Source: a virus
DNA length: 64,000 nucleotides
Strand: one strand, 5' to 3'
IMG/VR virus record: IMGVR_UViG_3300048573_000442
Under the pieces are notes generated by a model, which saw nothing but the letters and a program-made list of their open reading frames with translations, was not told where the DNA came from and did no database searches. Shown piece by piece: positions 26,424-37,200 of this stretch; positions within the stretch are counted from its first letter, which is position 1; each line of letters begins with the position of its first letter. Position numbers and translations under genes: made by a program.

Positions 26424-28567
26424 CCACAAATTACGCAAACCCCTTGGATGACTTTAGGTCGTACACGTACCATCATATTCTCACGATTAGTAATACGACA
26501 GAGGCGTTCAGAAAAATGGTTTCACCCGATAAGGGAAAACCTCGTATTTTATCTGCTATCGAACGTGCCTCAATTGGGGATAAAATTGACATAGATGGCG
26601 ACCCAGCATATTTGCTGGTAGATACCAGAAGATTTTCACAATTTTCTATTACGGAAGTCGAGATGGAGCATATCTACGGCACCGGCCCAGTTTCAAATCC
26701 GTCCGTTCCGTCTGGAACAATGCGTGTCAAGCTCATAGACACAACAGGACTCACGTTTTTTAACTTCCTATCAGATGTATTAAGAAACAAGCTTAAGACT
26801 ACTAGGGCTTCTGCGTTCTTTCTTTTGACTATCGTGTTTGTTGGCCATAGACACGACGGAACCACAGAAACTATTTCAACGTGTAACATCCCGCTGATTT
26901 TGCTGTTAATGGGCTTTAAATTTAGTAGCAGCGGCACAGTGTTCGATATCGAGTTCATGGAAACAGAGGGTTCTGCTCAACGGGGAATGTCTTTCGAACA
27001 AATTAATAATTGCGGGTATGTTCGTTCAGCAACCACGAAGGGAGGACCCCCTACAGTTGGGCAAATGGCCCTCAATTTTGAAAAGCAGCTAAACATTAGA
27101 GCGCTAGAATTTTATCAAAAATACCAAAACTCTGCATTAAGCGAAACAGAAAAGGCTAATAGCTCAAGAGCTGGCAAACTGGTTCAGTACATGATTACTT
27201 TGCCAAATTCGAAGCAATTCAATTGGGCCGACGGATTTAAAATTACTGTAGCCAATCCGTCCCAACACCAAGAACAATACTTTATCGCAGGCGGGGAGGC
27301 GTTGGGCCAAAACGAACTTTTGGGGATTGGGGCCCAAAATTCTTTTGCAGGAGAACCCGAGGAAGAAAAAGAAGGCTTGACACAAAGCTCAAACGGAAAA
27401 GAAATCGATTACACTTTAAGCTTCTCAAAAAATGCTTCAATTGCAGACGTGCTTAAAAAAATTCTTGAGAGTTCCGAGGACTTTCTAAAATTGGCAGGTC
27501 AGAAATCAATAGAAGCTAACAATGGATTGACTTGCAAAATTGTTACTAATATCACCAGTGATAAAAACACGTATTTGATTCACTACGACATTTACCCCGT
27601 AACTATCCCAAAGGCCGTAACGGGTCCAAAAACTGGGGCTACAGCGACTGGACTCTCAGTCAACGGTTTAAATTTGTTAAACTATGATTATATTTTCACG
27701 GGTAAAAATAGTCACATTAAAGATTTGGACATCATCTATAAGCCAGAGAGCGCAGTAGCATTGGACACAGAGGTAGATATCGGTGTTAGTCGGCATAAGC
27801 GAATTGCAGAAAGTGGTAACACCAAGGCTGGAGTCAAGGCTGCAGAAAAAGGGTCAGCTAAATCAAGTGACACGGCTTTTTTATTGCGCCCGAACGATCC
27901 AATATTTCCCCCTGAAGAAACTTCTGACCAACAGAAAAATAACAATTCAAATAGGAAAGAAACTGCGACAAGAGATGAAGCGATTGAAAGCTTTAGGGTT
28001 AAACAGGAATATGTCAGGAGCTTAGCATTTTTCCATTTTGTGAGTTCCTTAGATCTGGAAATGACAATTCGCGGAAACCCAAACATTATGCGAAAATATG
28101 CCGATCGCGAAGAACGTGGCGGTGTTGCCCCGCACGGAAACATAATTGATACCAAAGTTCTAGAATCACTGAATAAACAGAAACCTGATTCAGCAGGCTC
28201 GAATTATAGCACCGCAATTGCCGAAAGGCTTAACACTGCGAAGAAGCAATACTACGAAGAATACTATCAGCCGAGATTGCAAAAAATAACGACTGCGCAG
28301 CCAAGACCGAATGATTCGTTATTGGGAAATGGGGATATAGTCACATCCCCGATATTCGTGAAACTAAATATTAGGGCCCCAAACGTAGACAACCTTGGAG
28401 CCGCGCTTGCTGATGGCCCGATGTTTACCGACCAGTTTTTCTATGATGGGCCGTACATGGTTCTTTTTGTTAAACACTCGCTAATTAACGGGGAATTTAC
28501 GCAAACATTAAGCTTAATACCTTTTGATATTAATGGGAAATTTTCCACTTCTGGGGATGCACCATGA
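26420..28567 (+). CDS. Baseplate hub protein (gp27/gpD-like)
   Basis: NPLDDFRSYTYH, YDYIFTGKN..I..LDI, LEMTIRGNP, Y.V..VKH....GEFTQTL; sits between gp53 and gp5. Confidence 0.7.
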   Translation: MTTNYANPLDDFRSYTYHHILTISNTTEAFRKMVSPDKGKPRILSAIERASIGDKIDIDGDPAYLLVDTRRFSQFSITEVEMEHIYGTGPVSNPSVPSGTMRVKLIDTTGLTFFNFLSDVLRNKLKTTRASAFFLLTIVFVGHRHDGTTETISTCNIPLILLLMGFKFSSSGTVFDIEFMETEGSAQRGMSFEQINNCGYVRSATTKGGPPTVGQMALNFEKQLNIRALEFYQKYQNSALSETEKANSSRAGKLVQYMITLPNSKQFNWADGFKITVANPSQHQEQYFIAGGEALGQNELLGIGAQNSFAGEPEEEKEGLTQSSNGKEIDYTLSFSKNASIADVLKKILESSEDFLKLAGQKSIEANNGLTCKIVTNITSDKNTYLIHYDIYPVTIPKAVTGPKTGATATGLSVNGLNLLNYDYIFTGKNSHIKDLDIIYKPESAVALDTEVDIGVSRHKRIAESGNTKAGVKAAEKGSAKSSDTAFLLRPNDPIFPPEETSDQQKNNNSNRKETATRDEAIESFRVKQEYVRSLAFFHFVSSLDLEMTIRGNPNIMRKYADREERGGVAPHGNIIDTKVLESLNKQKPDSAGSNYSTAIAERLNTAKKQYYEEYYQPRLQKITTAQPRPNDSLLGNGDIVTSPIFVKLNIRAPNVDNLGAALADGPMFTDQFFYDGPYMVLFVKHSLINGEFTQTLSLIPFDINGKFSTSGDAP

Positions 28568-29832
28568 ACCGACAAATACAGCGATCACTTAATGACTCGA
28601 TTCCATTTATAGTAGAGGGTCAAGTAGTTGACACTTCTGACCCGGACCAAATGGGTCGAGTTAAAATTTGGATCCCATCTATTGATGGAGAAACTATAAG
28701 CGTTGATATTTTGCCCTGGGCAAACTATGCTTCGCCCCTGTTTGGTTTCACAGTTGAATACCCTCATGGTTCTGGGTCATCAGAAAATAAATCTGACTCG
28801 GCTTATGGATTATGGGCGATACCGAAAATCGGGGCGACCGTTTATGTTTTCTTTCTAAACGCAAACCCTGACGTAAGATGTTATTTTGCATGCTCTACAC
28901 GATTGCATCGCAATCGTTCGCTGCCTGCAGGCCGGAACATGGACCCAAATGGAAAAGTTGGTCCGTGGGGAGATTCTGGCGATGGGCGCGGAAATCTTCG
29001 TCCTTTACAACCTGCGTTTGATAATCTTCGTATTCAGTTCCAAAATAAATTGAATGAGTCGCAAGCCCAATCTCGTGGTGCCGTAGAGCGACAGGTTGCC
29101 CAAGCAAAAACAAACAAAGACGGACTCGAAGGCTATTCAAACGGCGCCAAAGACCAATCATCCTTGGAGCCACAAACTTATTCTTTGACAACACCAGGAG
29201 GCCACGCGCTCATTTTCCAGGATGACCCCACGGGAGCTCGGGCGAGATTAAAAACCGCAGATGGGAATCAAATCATTCTTGATGATGTCAACGAGAGAAT
29301 TTATATTAGTACTGCTCACGGAAAATCTTGGTTTGAAATGGATAAGGATGGGCATGTTCATGTTTACGGAGCATCCTCAATAAGCATGCGTGCGGGCAAA
29401 GATTTCAACATTGCTGCTGATGGGAACATCAATATGGAAGCGATGGGCGACATCAATCTTAAAGCTGGAGGAAATACAAACACTACTTCTGGCGGTGATT
29501 TGAATGCTGCTTCAGTAGGTTCTACGTCAATTTCTTCATGCGATAATGTAAATATCTCCAGCGAGAAAAAGGTAATGGTCACTGCGACTTCTGATTTGCA
29601 TTTATTGGCGCAACAGTCGTTAAAATTAACTGCCCGATCTGGAGCAGATTTTAGCGGCGGGGCATACATTTATGCTACGGCTTCAGCGATTCATTTGAAT
29701 GGTCCCGCTGCAAGTGCTGCTGATTCTGCAAAATGTGCAGCTCAAGCTTCTGGCCCAGTAATTATTCCTTCGCATGAACCATGGGTTAGACCTGAATCCC
29801 AAGACTCTCGCGGACCGAATTGGAAACCTTGA
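28564..29832 (+). CDS. gp5: Baseplate central spike (gp5/VgrG-like OB-fold + beta-helix), no lysozyme domain
   Basis: GQVVDTSDPDQMGRVKIWIP, PWA, IPKIGATVYVFF, TPGGH...DD, beta-repeat C-terminus, IHLNGP, HEPW. Confidence 0.85.
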   Translation: MNRQIQRSLNDSIPFIVEGQVVDTSDPDQMGRVKIWIPSIDGETISVDILPWANYASPLFGFTVEYPHGSGSSENKSDSAYGLWAIPKIGATVYVFFLNANPDVRCYFACSTRLHRNRSLPAGRNMDPNGKVGPWGDSGDGRGNLRPLQPAFDNLRIQFQNKLNESQAQSRGAVERQVAQAKTNKDGLEGYSNGAKDQSSLEPQTYSLTTPGGHALIFQDDPTGARARLKTADGNQIILDDVNERIYISTAHGKSWFEMDKDGHVHVYGASSISMRAGKDFNIAADGNINMEAMGDINLKAGGNTNTTSGGDLNAASVGSTSISSCDNVNISSEKKVMVTATSDLHLLAQQSLKLTARSGADFSGGAYIYATASAIHLNGPAASAADSAKCAAQASGPVIIPSHEPWVRPESQDSRGPNWKP

Positions 29833-29845
29833 TTAGGGAAACAAC

Positions 29846-30217
29846 ATGACACGTGCTTTATACAAGGGATTTTCTACAGCAAATTGGAGAAAATCTCGTT
29901 CATTACAAGTTAACAACATTGATTTGGTTAAAATTGATCTACTCGCTCACATTTATACAGAACGCGGCGAACGAGTCATGATGCCAGGTTTCGGAACGAG
30001 AATCCCAGCATTAGCGTTTGAACCCAATGATGAAAACACTCGTAGAATTGTCGAGGAAGACTTAACAGAAGTGTTTAATTACGATCCGCGCGTTAGGTTA
30101 ATTTCCCTTAACGTGCTGTCGTTGCCCGATAACAACGCCATTGTTGCAATTGCAGATCTCCTTTATATTGAATTCGATGTTCGCGATAACCTGCGCATTG
30201 AAGTTGCCACACAATAA
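29846..30217 (+). CDS. gp25: Baseplate wedge subunit (gp25-like)
   Basis: DLLAHIYTERGERVMMPGFGTRI..LAFEP; YDPRV. Confidence 0.9.
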   Translation: MTRALYKGFSTANWRKSRSLQVNNIDLVKIDLLAHIYTERGERVMMPGFGTRIPALAFEPNDENTRRIVEEDLTEVFNYDPRVRLISLNVLSLPDNNAIVAIADLLYIEFDVRDNLRIEVATQ

Positions 30218-30252
30218 AGTTCTTCACGCTATAGAACGTTTAGCTTTGCTGT

Positions 30253-30260
30253 CATAAATA
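30253..30260 (+). promoter_or_regulatory. T4-type late promoter (CATAAATA)
   Basis: Recurrent motif, intergenic, before gp6. Confidence 0.7.
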
Positions 30261-30282
30261 ACAAAAACACAATGGGACCACA

Positions 30283-33200
30283 ATGACTATCAAGAACACT
30301 TACGCAAGCGAAGCTTGGGATAAAGCATATAACGCATTCCAACAAATAAATTTTACTGCTTATGACTATGACACTATTAAAGAGTCACTGATACAGCACC
30401 TTAAGGTATATCACCCAGAAGACTTTAATGATTTTATTGAATCTTCGTCTCTAATTGCTATTTTGGAACTTTTTGCTTATATCGGCGAACAGCTTGCATA
30501 TCGTGTTGATGCCAATGCACATGAAAACTTTATTTCAACCGCGCAGAGAAAACAGTCAATCTTACGTCTTGCCCGCCTTGTATCTTATAAGGCGTCAAGA
30601 AATATTCCCGCGCGAGGTTTGGCAAAAATCGAATCGATCAGGACCTCAGAAACCGTATTTGATTCACTCGGAAATAACTTAGCTAATCTAGTTATAAACT
30701 GGAACGATTCTAACAACGTGAACTGGAAGGAACAGTTTTTCCTTGTACTAGGTCGTGTTTTGACTTCTAAGTTTGGACAGCCTGTTAAGGCCAACCAAAT
30801 CGGCGACGTTGCGATGAATCTATACACCCTGAACAATCAATTAAGTTCTTTCAGAAACGGCGTCTATGCCTTCTCCGCTTCTGGTGCCAACGAGCAAGTT
30901 CAAATGGAAGCGGTTCCTGCGGACATTGATGAAAATGGCCCAAGCGAAAGGGGACCAGACCTAAATGCGCAATTCAACATCATTTATGCAAGCGATGGAA
31001 AAGGCGATGGCTCAGATTATACTGGCTTCTTGCTATTTTTGAAACAGGGTACACTCTTACGAACCGACTATCGTATTACTGAACCTACTGCTAACCGCAG
31101 ACTTGAACTTGACGCCATCAACGTTAATGACACAGACGTATGGGTATATGGCGTAGACGAAAATGATACCATTACTGATGTATGGCATAAAGTCGATACG
31201 CTAAATGAGCAGAATCTGCAGTTCAATGATGTCAAAAAACGCAAAAAATATGAGATCGAAACTTTAGAGAATGATAGAGTTGCTTTCTTATTTGGTGACG
31301 GGAATTTTAGCGATTCTCCAGTTGGACGGTTCCAGCTATGGACCCGGGTTTCTGCAAATCAAACCGTTAACATTCCAAAAAACCGCATTTCGGGTCAACC
31401 GCTTTCATTCACCTACCTAAATGCACAACGTAATTCTCACAACTGTGACATTACATTCTCTTTGACTGCAGCAATGCAGAACAATTCTGCATCTGAAACC
31501 ATAGAGCAGATTAGACAGTCTGCGCCAGCCTCATATTCTGCCCAAAATCGGATGGTAAACGGCCAAGATTACAACACTTATATGCTAAAGGACCCGTCGG
31601 TCCTAAGGCTTAAAACTATTAACCGCACATTTGCAGGCCAGCCCAAGTATATCGAGTGGAACGATGCTTCGCGAAAATACGAAAATGTCAAATTGTTCGG
31701 CGACGATCTGACATTATTTTCCGATATTTCTGTTGACATGATTGAAACACGCGCAGCGCCGAGAACGCTCATTGACAGCACAATAGAACCACTACTTCAG
31801 ACAAATGGAGTATTCAATAGTATAGTTCACGCAATGGCGACTACGCCTAGTGCAGATGGTATTATTGTCTATCCGAGAAGAAAGTTGCTTGATGATAATC
31901 AAACAAAATATTTTAATTTAGACGGCACACCAGTTGCCCCATATGGCGAACTCTACAATGCATGGGTTCAAAGCACTATTACTAATGGCGGCGATGGATC
32001 ACTAAATGAGAAGAGCGCTATTCAAGCTGCACTAGACCAGCATTGGTACGGCGATGTAAGTCAATACGCAATTATCAACGGGTCTAGACATGGCATCATT
32101 AAGGACCCGGTTTTATTCCCAGAAGATGATGGGAAAATTTATCAAGCGGATTTGCCAAGAACAGTCGACGGGGTAAATTCTTATCCGCCAGGTGATACGG
32201 GTTCTGGCTTACAGCAAGTTCCTCCGCAAAAGATTTTCGGCCTGCGCTTCAACCCATTCATTAAGTGTTTTGGTTCTGGAACTATTAGTTTGATGAATTT
32301 GACAAATCCTGACGGTTTATCGGACCCAGAACAAAGTAAATGGGGGTTTGGAGACGGTGTTGCCGGTGCACCACCTGCTGTAGGCCTAAACACCTTTGCA
32401 CATAAGAAGGAAGTATTGACCATCGAGATGGCGTCAGATTCTTCCACGTTTACAGTGGTTTCAAACCTTAGGGGGAAATTGCCCAATTATGTCTTGGGCG
32501 CTTCTGCTGGTGAACGATGGTCAGATCAGAACGGGCTAGATTTGCCGTGCGACTTTGTAATTTCTAACGGAACTACACCATTTCAAACTGGCGATGGATT
32601 CGCAATTGATATTGAGAAGGGTTTAGGCGGGCAATTCCGCGCGACAGTTAGAAAATTCCAGGAACTGGAATACAAAGTCAATTTTATGGGGTGGTGGGAA
32701 ATAGTTCCAGACGCGGTTATGCGAGCTGATGTATCTGATCCTTCTGATGCAGCCCTAATCAACCTGAAGCCATTTGTGGGCGGCGCAGCACTTGACGAAA
32801 ACGGCCCGAGTCTAGAACAGCAGATGTCATTTAACCAATCAATCAAGGCGCAATCTTGGATTTTTATGATCGTCCGCGAGGAAGAGTCCGGGGTCACCAA
32901 GTCCTGGAAGATTTTCAGCCGCAACACAAAGACTATTGCAGAAAGCTTGACCACAAAGTTTTGGTTTAATCAAAATGAACAGATTGTTGACCCAGAGACC
33001 AAGCTCCCTGTCGTAGATAAAATCCGAGTACTAAGATCGAATCTTGACGAATTTGGAATCCCATTGCCAAAGGCGCATGTTTATGATGCTTTAGGATTCG
33101 TATACAACTCTGATGGAGAAATAAATTTCAACCAATTGGAAATTGCCCCAACAGGCGTTAACACATTTACCAGAAACGGGGATAATGTAGCCGATAATCT

Positions 33201-34170
33201 TTTGCAATTTGAATCTTTTTCAAATGGCGCATTTGAATATGGGGTTATTGAAGACGACCCTACAACAATTAAATGGCTATCATGTGCTGAAGCTGACGCC
33301 AACTACCAATACCGCATTGTAGCATATGATACCGATTTATATGATGATCCGTTGATCTCATTTGATAGTTTTGGAATAGAGTTTCCTATCGGTAGCAGCA
33401 TTTATTATTTTGCAGTTGGGGACTTTATAAACTTTGTCGGGGAACTTGCCGACGGATCGACAGTCTCCGGCAGTAATACCGGAACCCGAATTGTGAGAAG
33501 ACGGCGAGTCCCTGCGGTATCTAGCTCCGATGGGCAAGGTTGCAATCCTGTGTCAGGATTAGATTTTATGTGGCAGCACTTCTCGCCAGTTGCGAATCTT
33601 ATAGATCCGTCAGTGACTAACATTCATGACACCTTTATTTTGACTAAGGGCTATTATACTAACGTCAGAGATTTCATTCGCGGAACTAATCCATATGAAC
33701 CTGTGCCACCGACTCCTTTAGAGCTTAGAGCTTCTTACGGGTATCTGCTTCAGAACAAAATGCTATCTGATACAGTTGTGCTGCATTCAGGGGAAATCAA
33801 ACTCTTGTTTGGCGAAAAAGCTGATCAGCGAATGCGTGCAAAATTCCGAGTGGTGAAATCCCCAGTTGCAACATTCTCAGAAGAACGTATTAAACAGGAA
33901 ATTGTATCGGTGATAGATGCATTCTTTGATATTAGCGGATGGGATTTTGGAGATACATTCTATGCAACAGAGCTAATTTCATTGATTCACCAACGTCTTG
34001 GGCCTCAAATCTCTTCAGTTGTTATTGTTCCCACTTATTCGATTAATTCTTTCGGGTCGCTGTTCACGATTGAATCTGGATTTGATGAGATTTTGCAGTC
34101 GGCGGCCACATTTGATGATATAGAACTTGTTGATGCTTTGACCCCTAATGTCCTAAGACAGATTAGGTAA
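30283..34170 (+). CDS. gp6: Baseplate wedge subunit gp6, enlarged (1295 aa)
   Basis: FTAYDYDTIK..L, FNDFIESS..AILELFAY..EQLAYRVD..A.ENF..TA.R..SILRLARLVSY; ETIEQIRQSAP..YSAQNRMV..QDY. Confidence 0.9.
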   Translation: MTIKNTYASEAWDKAYNAFQQINFTAYDYDTIKESLIQHLKVYHPEDFNDFIESSSLIAILELFAYIGEQLAYRVDANAHENFISTAQRKQSILRLARLVSYKASRNIPARGLAKIESIRTSETVFDSLGNNLANLVINWNDSNNVNWKEQFFLVLGRVLTSKFGQPVKANQIGDVAMNLYTLNNQLSSFRNGVYAFSASGANEQVQMEAVPADIDENGPSERGPDLNAQFNIIYASDGKGDGSDYTGFLLFLKQGTLLRTDYRITEPTANRRLELDAINVNDTDVWVYGVDENDTITDVWHKVDTLNEQNLQFNDVKKRKKYEIETLENDRVAFLFGDGNFSDSPVGRFQLWTRVSANQTVNIPKNRISGQPLSFTYLNAQRNSHNCDITFSLTAAMQNNSASETIEQIRQSAPASYSAQNRMVNGQDYNTYMLKDPSVLRLKTINRTFAGQPKYIEWNDASRKYENVKLFGDDLTLFSDISVDMIETRAAPRTLIDSTIEPLLQTNGVFNSIVHAMATTPSADGIIVYPRRKLLDDNQTKYFNLDGTPVAPYGELYNAWVQSTITNGGDGSLNEKSAIQAALDQHWYGDVSQYAIINGSRHGIIKDPVLFPEDDGKIYQADLPRTVDGVNSYPPGDTGSGLQQVPPQKIFGLRFNPFIKCFGSGTISLMNLTNPDGLSDPEQSKWGFGDGVAGAPPAVGLNTFAHKKEVLTIEMASDSSTFTVVSNLRGKLPNYVLGASAGERWSDQNGLDLPCDFVISNGTTPFQTGDGFAIDIEKGLGGQFRATVRKFQELEYKVNFMGWWEIVPDAVMRADVSDPSDAALINLKPFVGGAALDENGPSLEQQMSFNQSIKAQSWIFMIVREEESGVTKSWKIFSRNTKTIAESLTTKFWFNQNEQIVDPETKLPVVDKIRVLRSNLDEFGIPLPKAHVYDALGFVYNSDGEINFNQLEIAPTGVNTFTRNGDNVADNLLQFESFSNGAFEYGVIEDDPTTIKWLSCAEADANYQYRIVAYDTDLYDDPLISFDSFGIEFPIGSSIYYFAVGDFINFVGELADGSTVSGSNTGTRIVRRRRVPAVSSSDGQGCNPVSGLDFMWQHFSPVANLIDPSVTNIHDTFILTKGYYTNVRDFIRGTNPYEPVPPTPLELRASYGYLLQNKMLSDTVVLHSGEIKLLFGEKADQRMRAKFRVVKSPVATFSEERIKQEIVSVIDAFFDISGWDFGDTFYATELISLIHQRLGPQISSVVIVPTYSINSFGSLFTIESGFDEILQSAATFDDIELVDALTPNVLRQIR

Positions 34171-34185
34171 AAACGCATCAAATAC

Positions 34186-34238
34186 TTTTGACAGTAGGCA
34201 TAAATAGATCACGCTCCTGTTTATTCCAACTGTCAAAA
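34186..34238 (+). promoter_or_regulatory. Late promoter CATAAATA (34199-34206) inside a perfect 10-bp inverted repeat abutting the ATG
   Basis: TTTTGACAGT (34186-34195) / ACTGTCAAAA (34229-34238); ATG at 34240. Confidence 0.75.
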
Positions 34239-34239
34239 T

Positions 34240-37200
34240 ATGCAAAAGAAACAAACCTTAGACTTAAATAAATTCTTACCTTCCGCGGTTAAAGATGAAA
34301 CTCTGACAAGTTTAATTTCTAACTTGTTCAATAGGTTTACCTCTGAAGAACAGAGCATTCTTGTCGATGGCGAGATTGGGATAGCCGCAGATAGCGGTGA
34401 TAAAATAGCTGCGCTAAATCTTGAGCGCGAAGTAAACCCATTGGTCCCAGCAATTGTGACAACTAATGGCTCTGAGCAGGCGTCTTTTACGTTTATCGAT
34501 CTAGTGAATCGTCTAAAGTCACTAAATGCTGATGTCGATAATGCACAGGAATGGCTAAAAGAACAGTACTTTAATTTTCACGTGCCGATTGATTACGACA
34601 GGTTTTTAAATTTTGGCAATTACTATTGGGCAGGCAAAGCGTTAAATGCTGCGGGTGCATTTGAATTTAATCCACATAATTCACCAGACTATATAACAAT
34701 CTCTCGCCCGACTGCAAGTTCACTGACTAAAATGCCGGTGGATTATGTGGCTGCCCTACCAATAAAAAAGACCGGCAGCGGTAGACTAGATGAAGTTATC
34801 ACTCTTGAGTTTATTTCTCCAACAGAATTTTCTGTTTCTACGAATAACCCTGTCGACTCTGGGATGTTGATTGTTAATTCGGCTCAATTTAACGGACCGC
34901 AAACACTAACATTTTCACCGGTTGCCGGAACTTCAATACCTGTCAGCTTGTTTGCTAGGGGGAAAAGCATCACCGGTTTCGGAACGGGAAAACCATTCCC
35001 AGTAGGAACCACTGAACTGAATGATACGGTTTTGGATTTTATCCTGCGGGTCGGTACCACACCATTTGCGGTAGGCGATAAATTTGTAATTGACGTAAAA
35101 CATCGCTCTAGTTCGATACTCGTTTCTTTTTCTTCGCCATCGGTTTCTGGCAAGGGTTCAATAATCGGCGTAAAGTCGGTATGCGAATTAATGTACTTGA
35201 ACGGCGTACAAGTAATTATTGGCAAACGGGTCCTCATTACGAATCAGGGCCTAGATAATGGCATTTATACCGTTGTGGATAATGCTTGGTCACGTGCAAC
35301 TGACTCGTATCTTGAAGAACATCTATCCTTAGGCTCTAAAGTTTACTGCTATGCCGACTCTAACACTTATGAAGTTACCGGTAAAATAGACCCAGCCGCA
35401 AATTCACAGCCGATTGAGTCCCTAATAAGCTTTACGCTGGTAGCATCTGCACCGCCTCTTGGCCTCAATGATTGGCAGATTTCCAATTTTTGGTTTCATA
35501 AAGACGACATTGAATTTTTATTCGGCGAACTTAATATCACTATTAGTGATTGTATTCGCGCTGAACGCCCCATCATTGAATTTAACAATGACGTCAGATT
35601 AAATGAGATGGTTAGCATCGAAGGCAACCCAACAGATGCTGGGGGTATTACGGTTTCACAGGTGAAAACTGACATTAATCAGGCGCCACTTTTCGACCTA
35701 TTCTATGTTGATGGCACTCATGCCGGTAAAGTGTCAAAAATATTCTTTTATAAAGAGGAACAGTCAGCCCCAATTGATAGCGTCCTTAACCTTAGGCTTG
35801 CGACTTCAGACTCTGGTTTTTCTTTTGGCCACGGGTTGAAACAGAATGATGAACGCCTAATGTTTTATAAAAAAGGTGGGGTACTAGAGACAATATGGGT
35901 TCCAGGTGTTTCACAGCCGACTGTTACGTCGTTGACAAATCCTAATGGTGGAAGTATTGTTATTAGTGTTAAGAACACCGCAGATACGCAATCTTGGAAA
36001 TTAACATTTAAAAACGGGGCTTTTGAAGTTGAAGGCGAACGATCAGGTGTTATTGGGGAAGCTATTCCGGGTTTAAACTTCGATTGTGATGACTTTAGCG
36101 CCACGATTTCAATATATTCGTATGTTGATGGCGATGCGTTTACATTTAATGTAAACAATCTAGCATTTCCAAGATATGTTAAGAAAACCGCAGAACGAAT
36201 TGTAAATTACCCTGGTGGACCAATTGCTGATGTCAATGGTGACGGAGCATGGATGACGCCAGTGAGAATGTTTCAAAATTTGGAATGCGAAACCCGAACC
36301 GAAATAACTTATAGCGATCTGGCCGATCATGTCAGAAGTATGATTCGCAGCCAAGATGGTTTTTCTGGCGGCTCGCTTGGAACCAATAATGTCAGAACCT
36401 TGAATTTTTCTCCTGCTCTAGGTGGAACTATTAGAGCATTCGGTTCAAACTTTCCTTTGCTTATCGGGATGTTGTGCCAAAGAGATTTTAGTGCCCTAAC
36501 TATTATTGATTTTGCTGAACAACAGTATAACACTGCTCTATCTAGCATAGACCAGTTTGTAGTTGATTCGCTGCCGAAACTCATGTCTAAGCTTGGAAAA
36601 ATAGACACTACTGCAATTCAGATTTTCCCAAATACTGATACAGTAAAATTAGTTGAAGCTTTTAGCGAACAGAGAAAAGCCGATGTTCATTTGACCGAAG
36701 CATTTGGCGACACTACGGCGAAGGTCCCTAATTGGCCAGCAACCTTGCCAATCCTTGGCCTCGTGCCAGCAGTAATGCAAGATATTCGTTTTGACGCTGA
36801 ACTTGGCATAGATGTAATTGTTCACCACGACGGGCATGTTTCGCCAGCAATGGAAGAAAATATTAGTGTCTTGCGCGATTTGGCAAAAACTCATGTCCTT
36901 AGATCAGACGGGGAATTAACTCCAGGGACCTTATCACCAACAGCTCCAGCGCTGCCATATGCTGGCCAGTTTTGGTTTAATAGCTTGACTAACGTCCTGT
37001 CATATTTTGCAGTGAATTTTGATGGCAATACATCCCCTGGAACGGGCCAAACCGGCCAATATTGGTTTAATCGACAGGCTAATGAACTTCGCCAGTGGGA
37101 TGATCTCTCAATGGATTGGGTTGTTTCCCCGCTTTCACAGCCAAGCAGATGGACCAAATTCAACGCGCACATTGCACGAAACAACCTTTTGTTAGGCATT

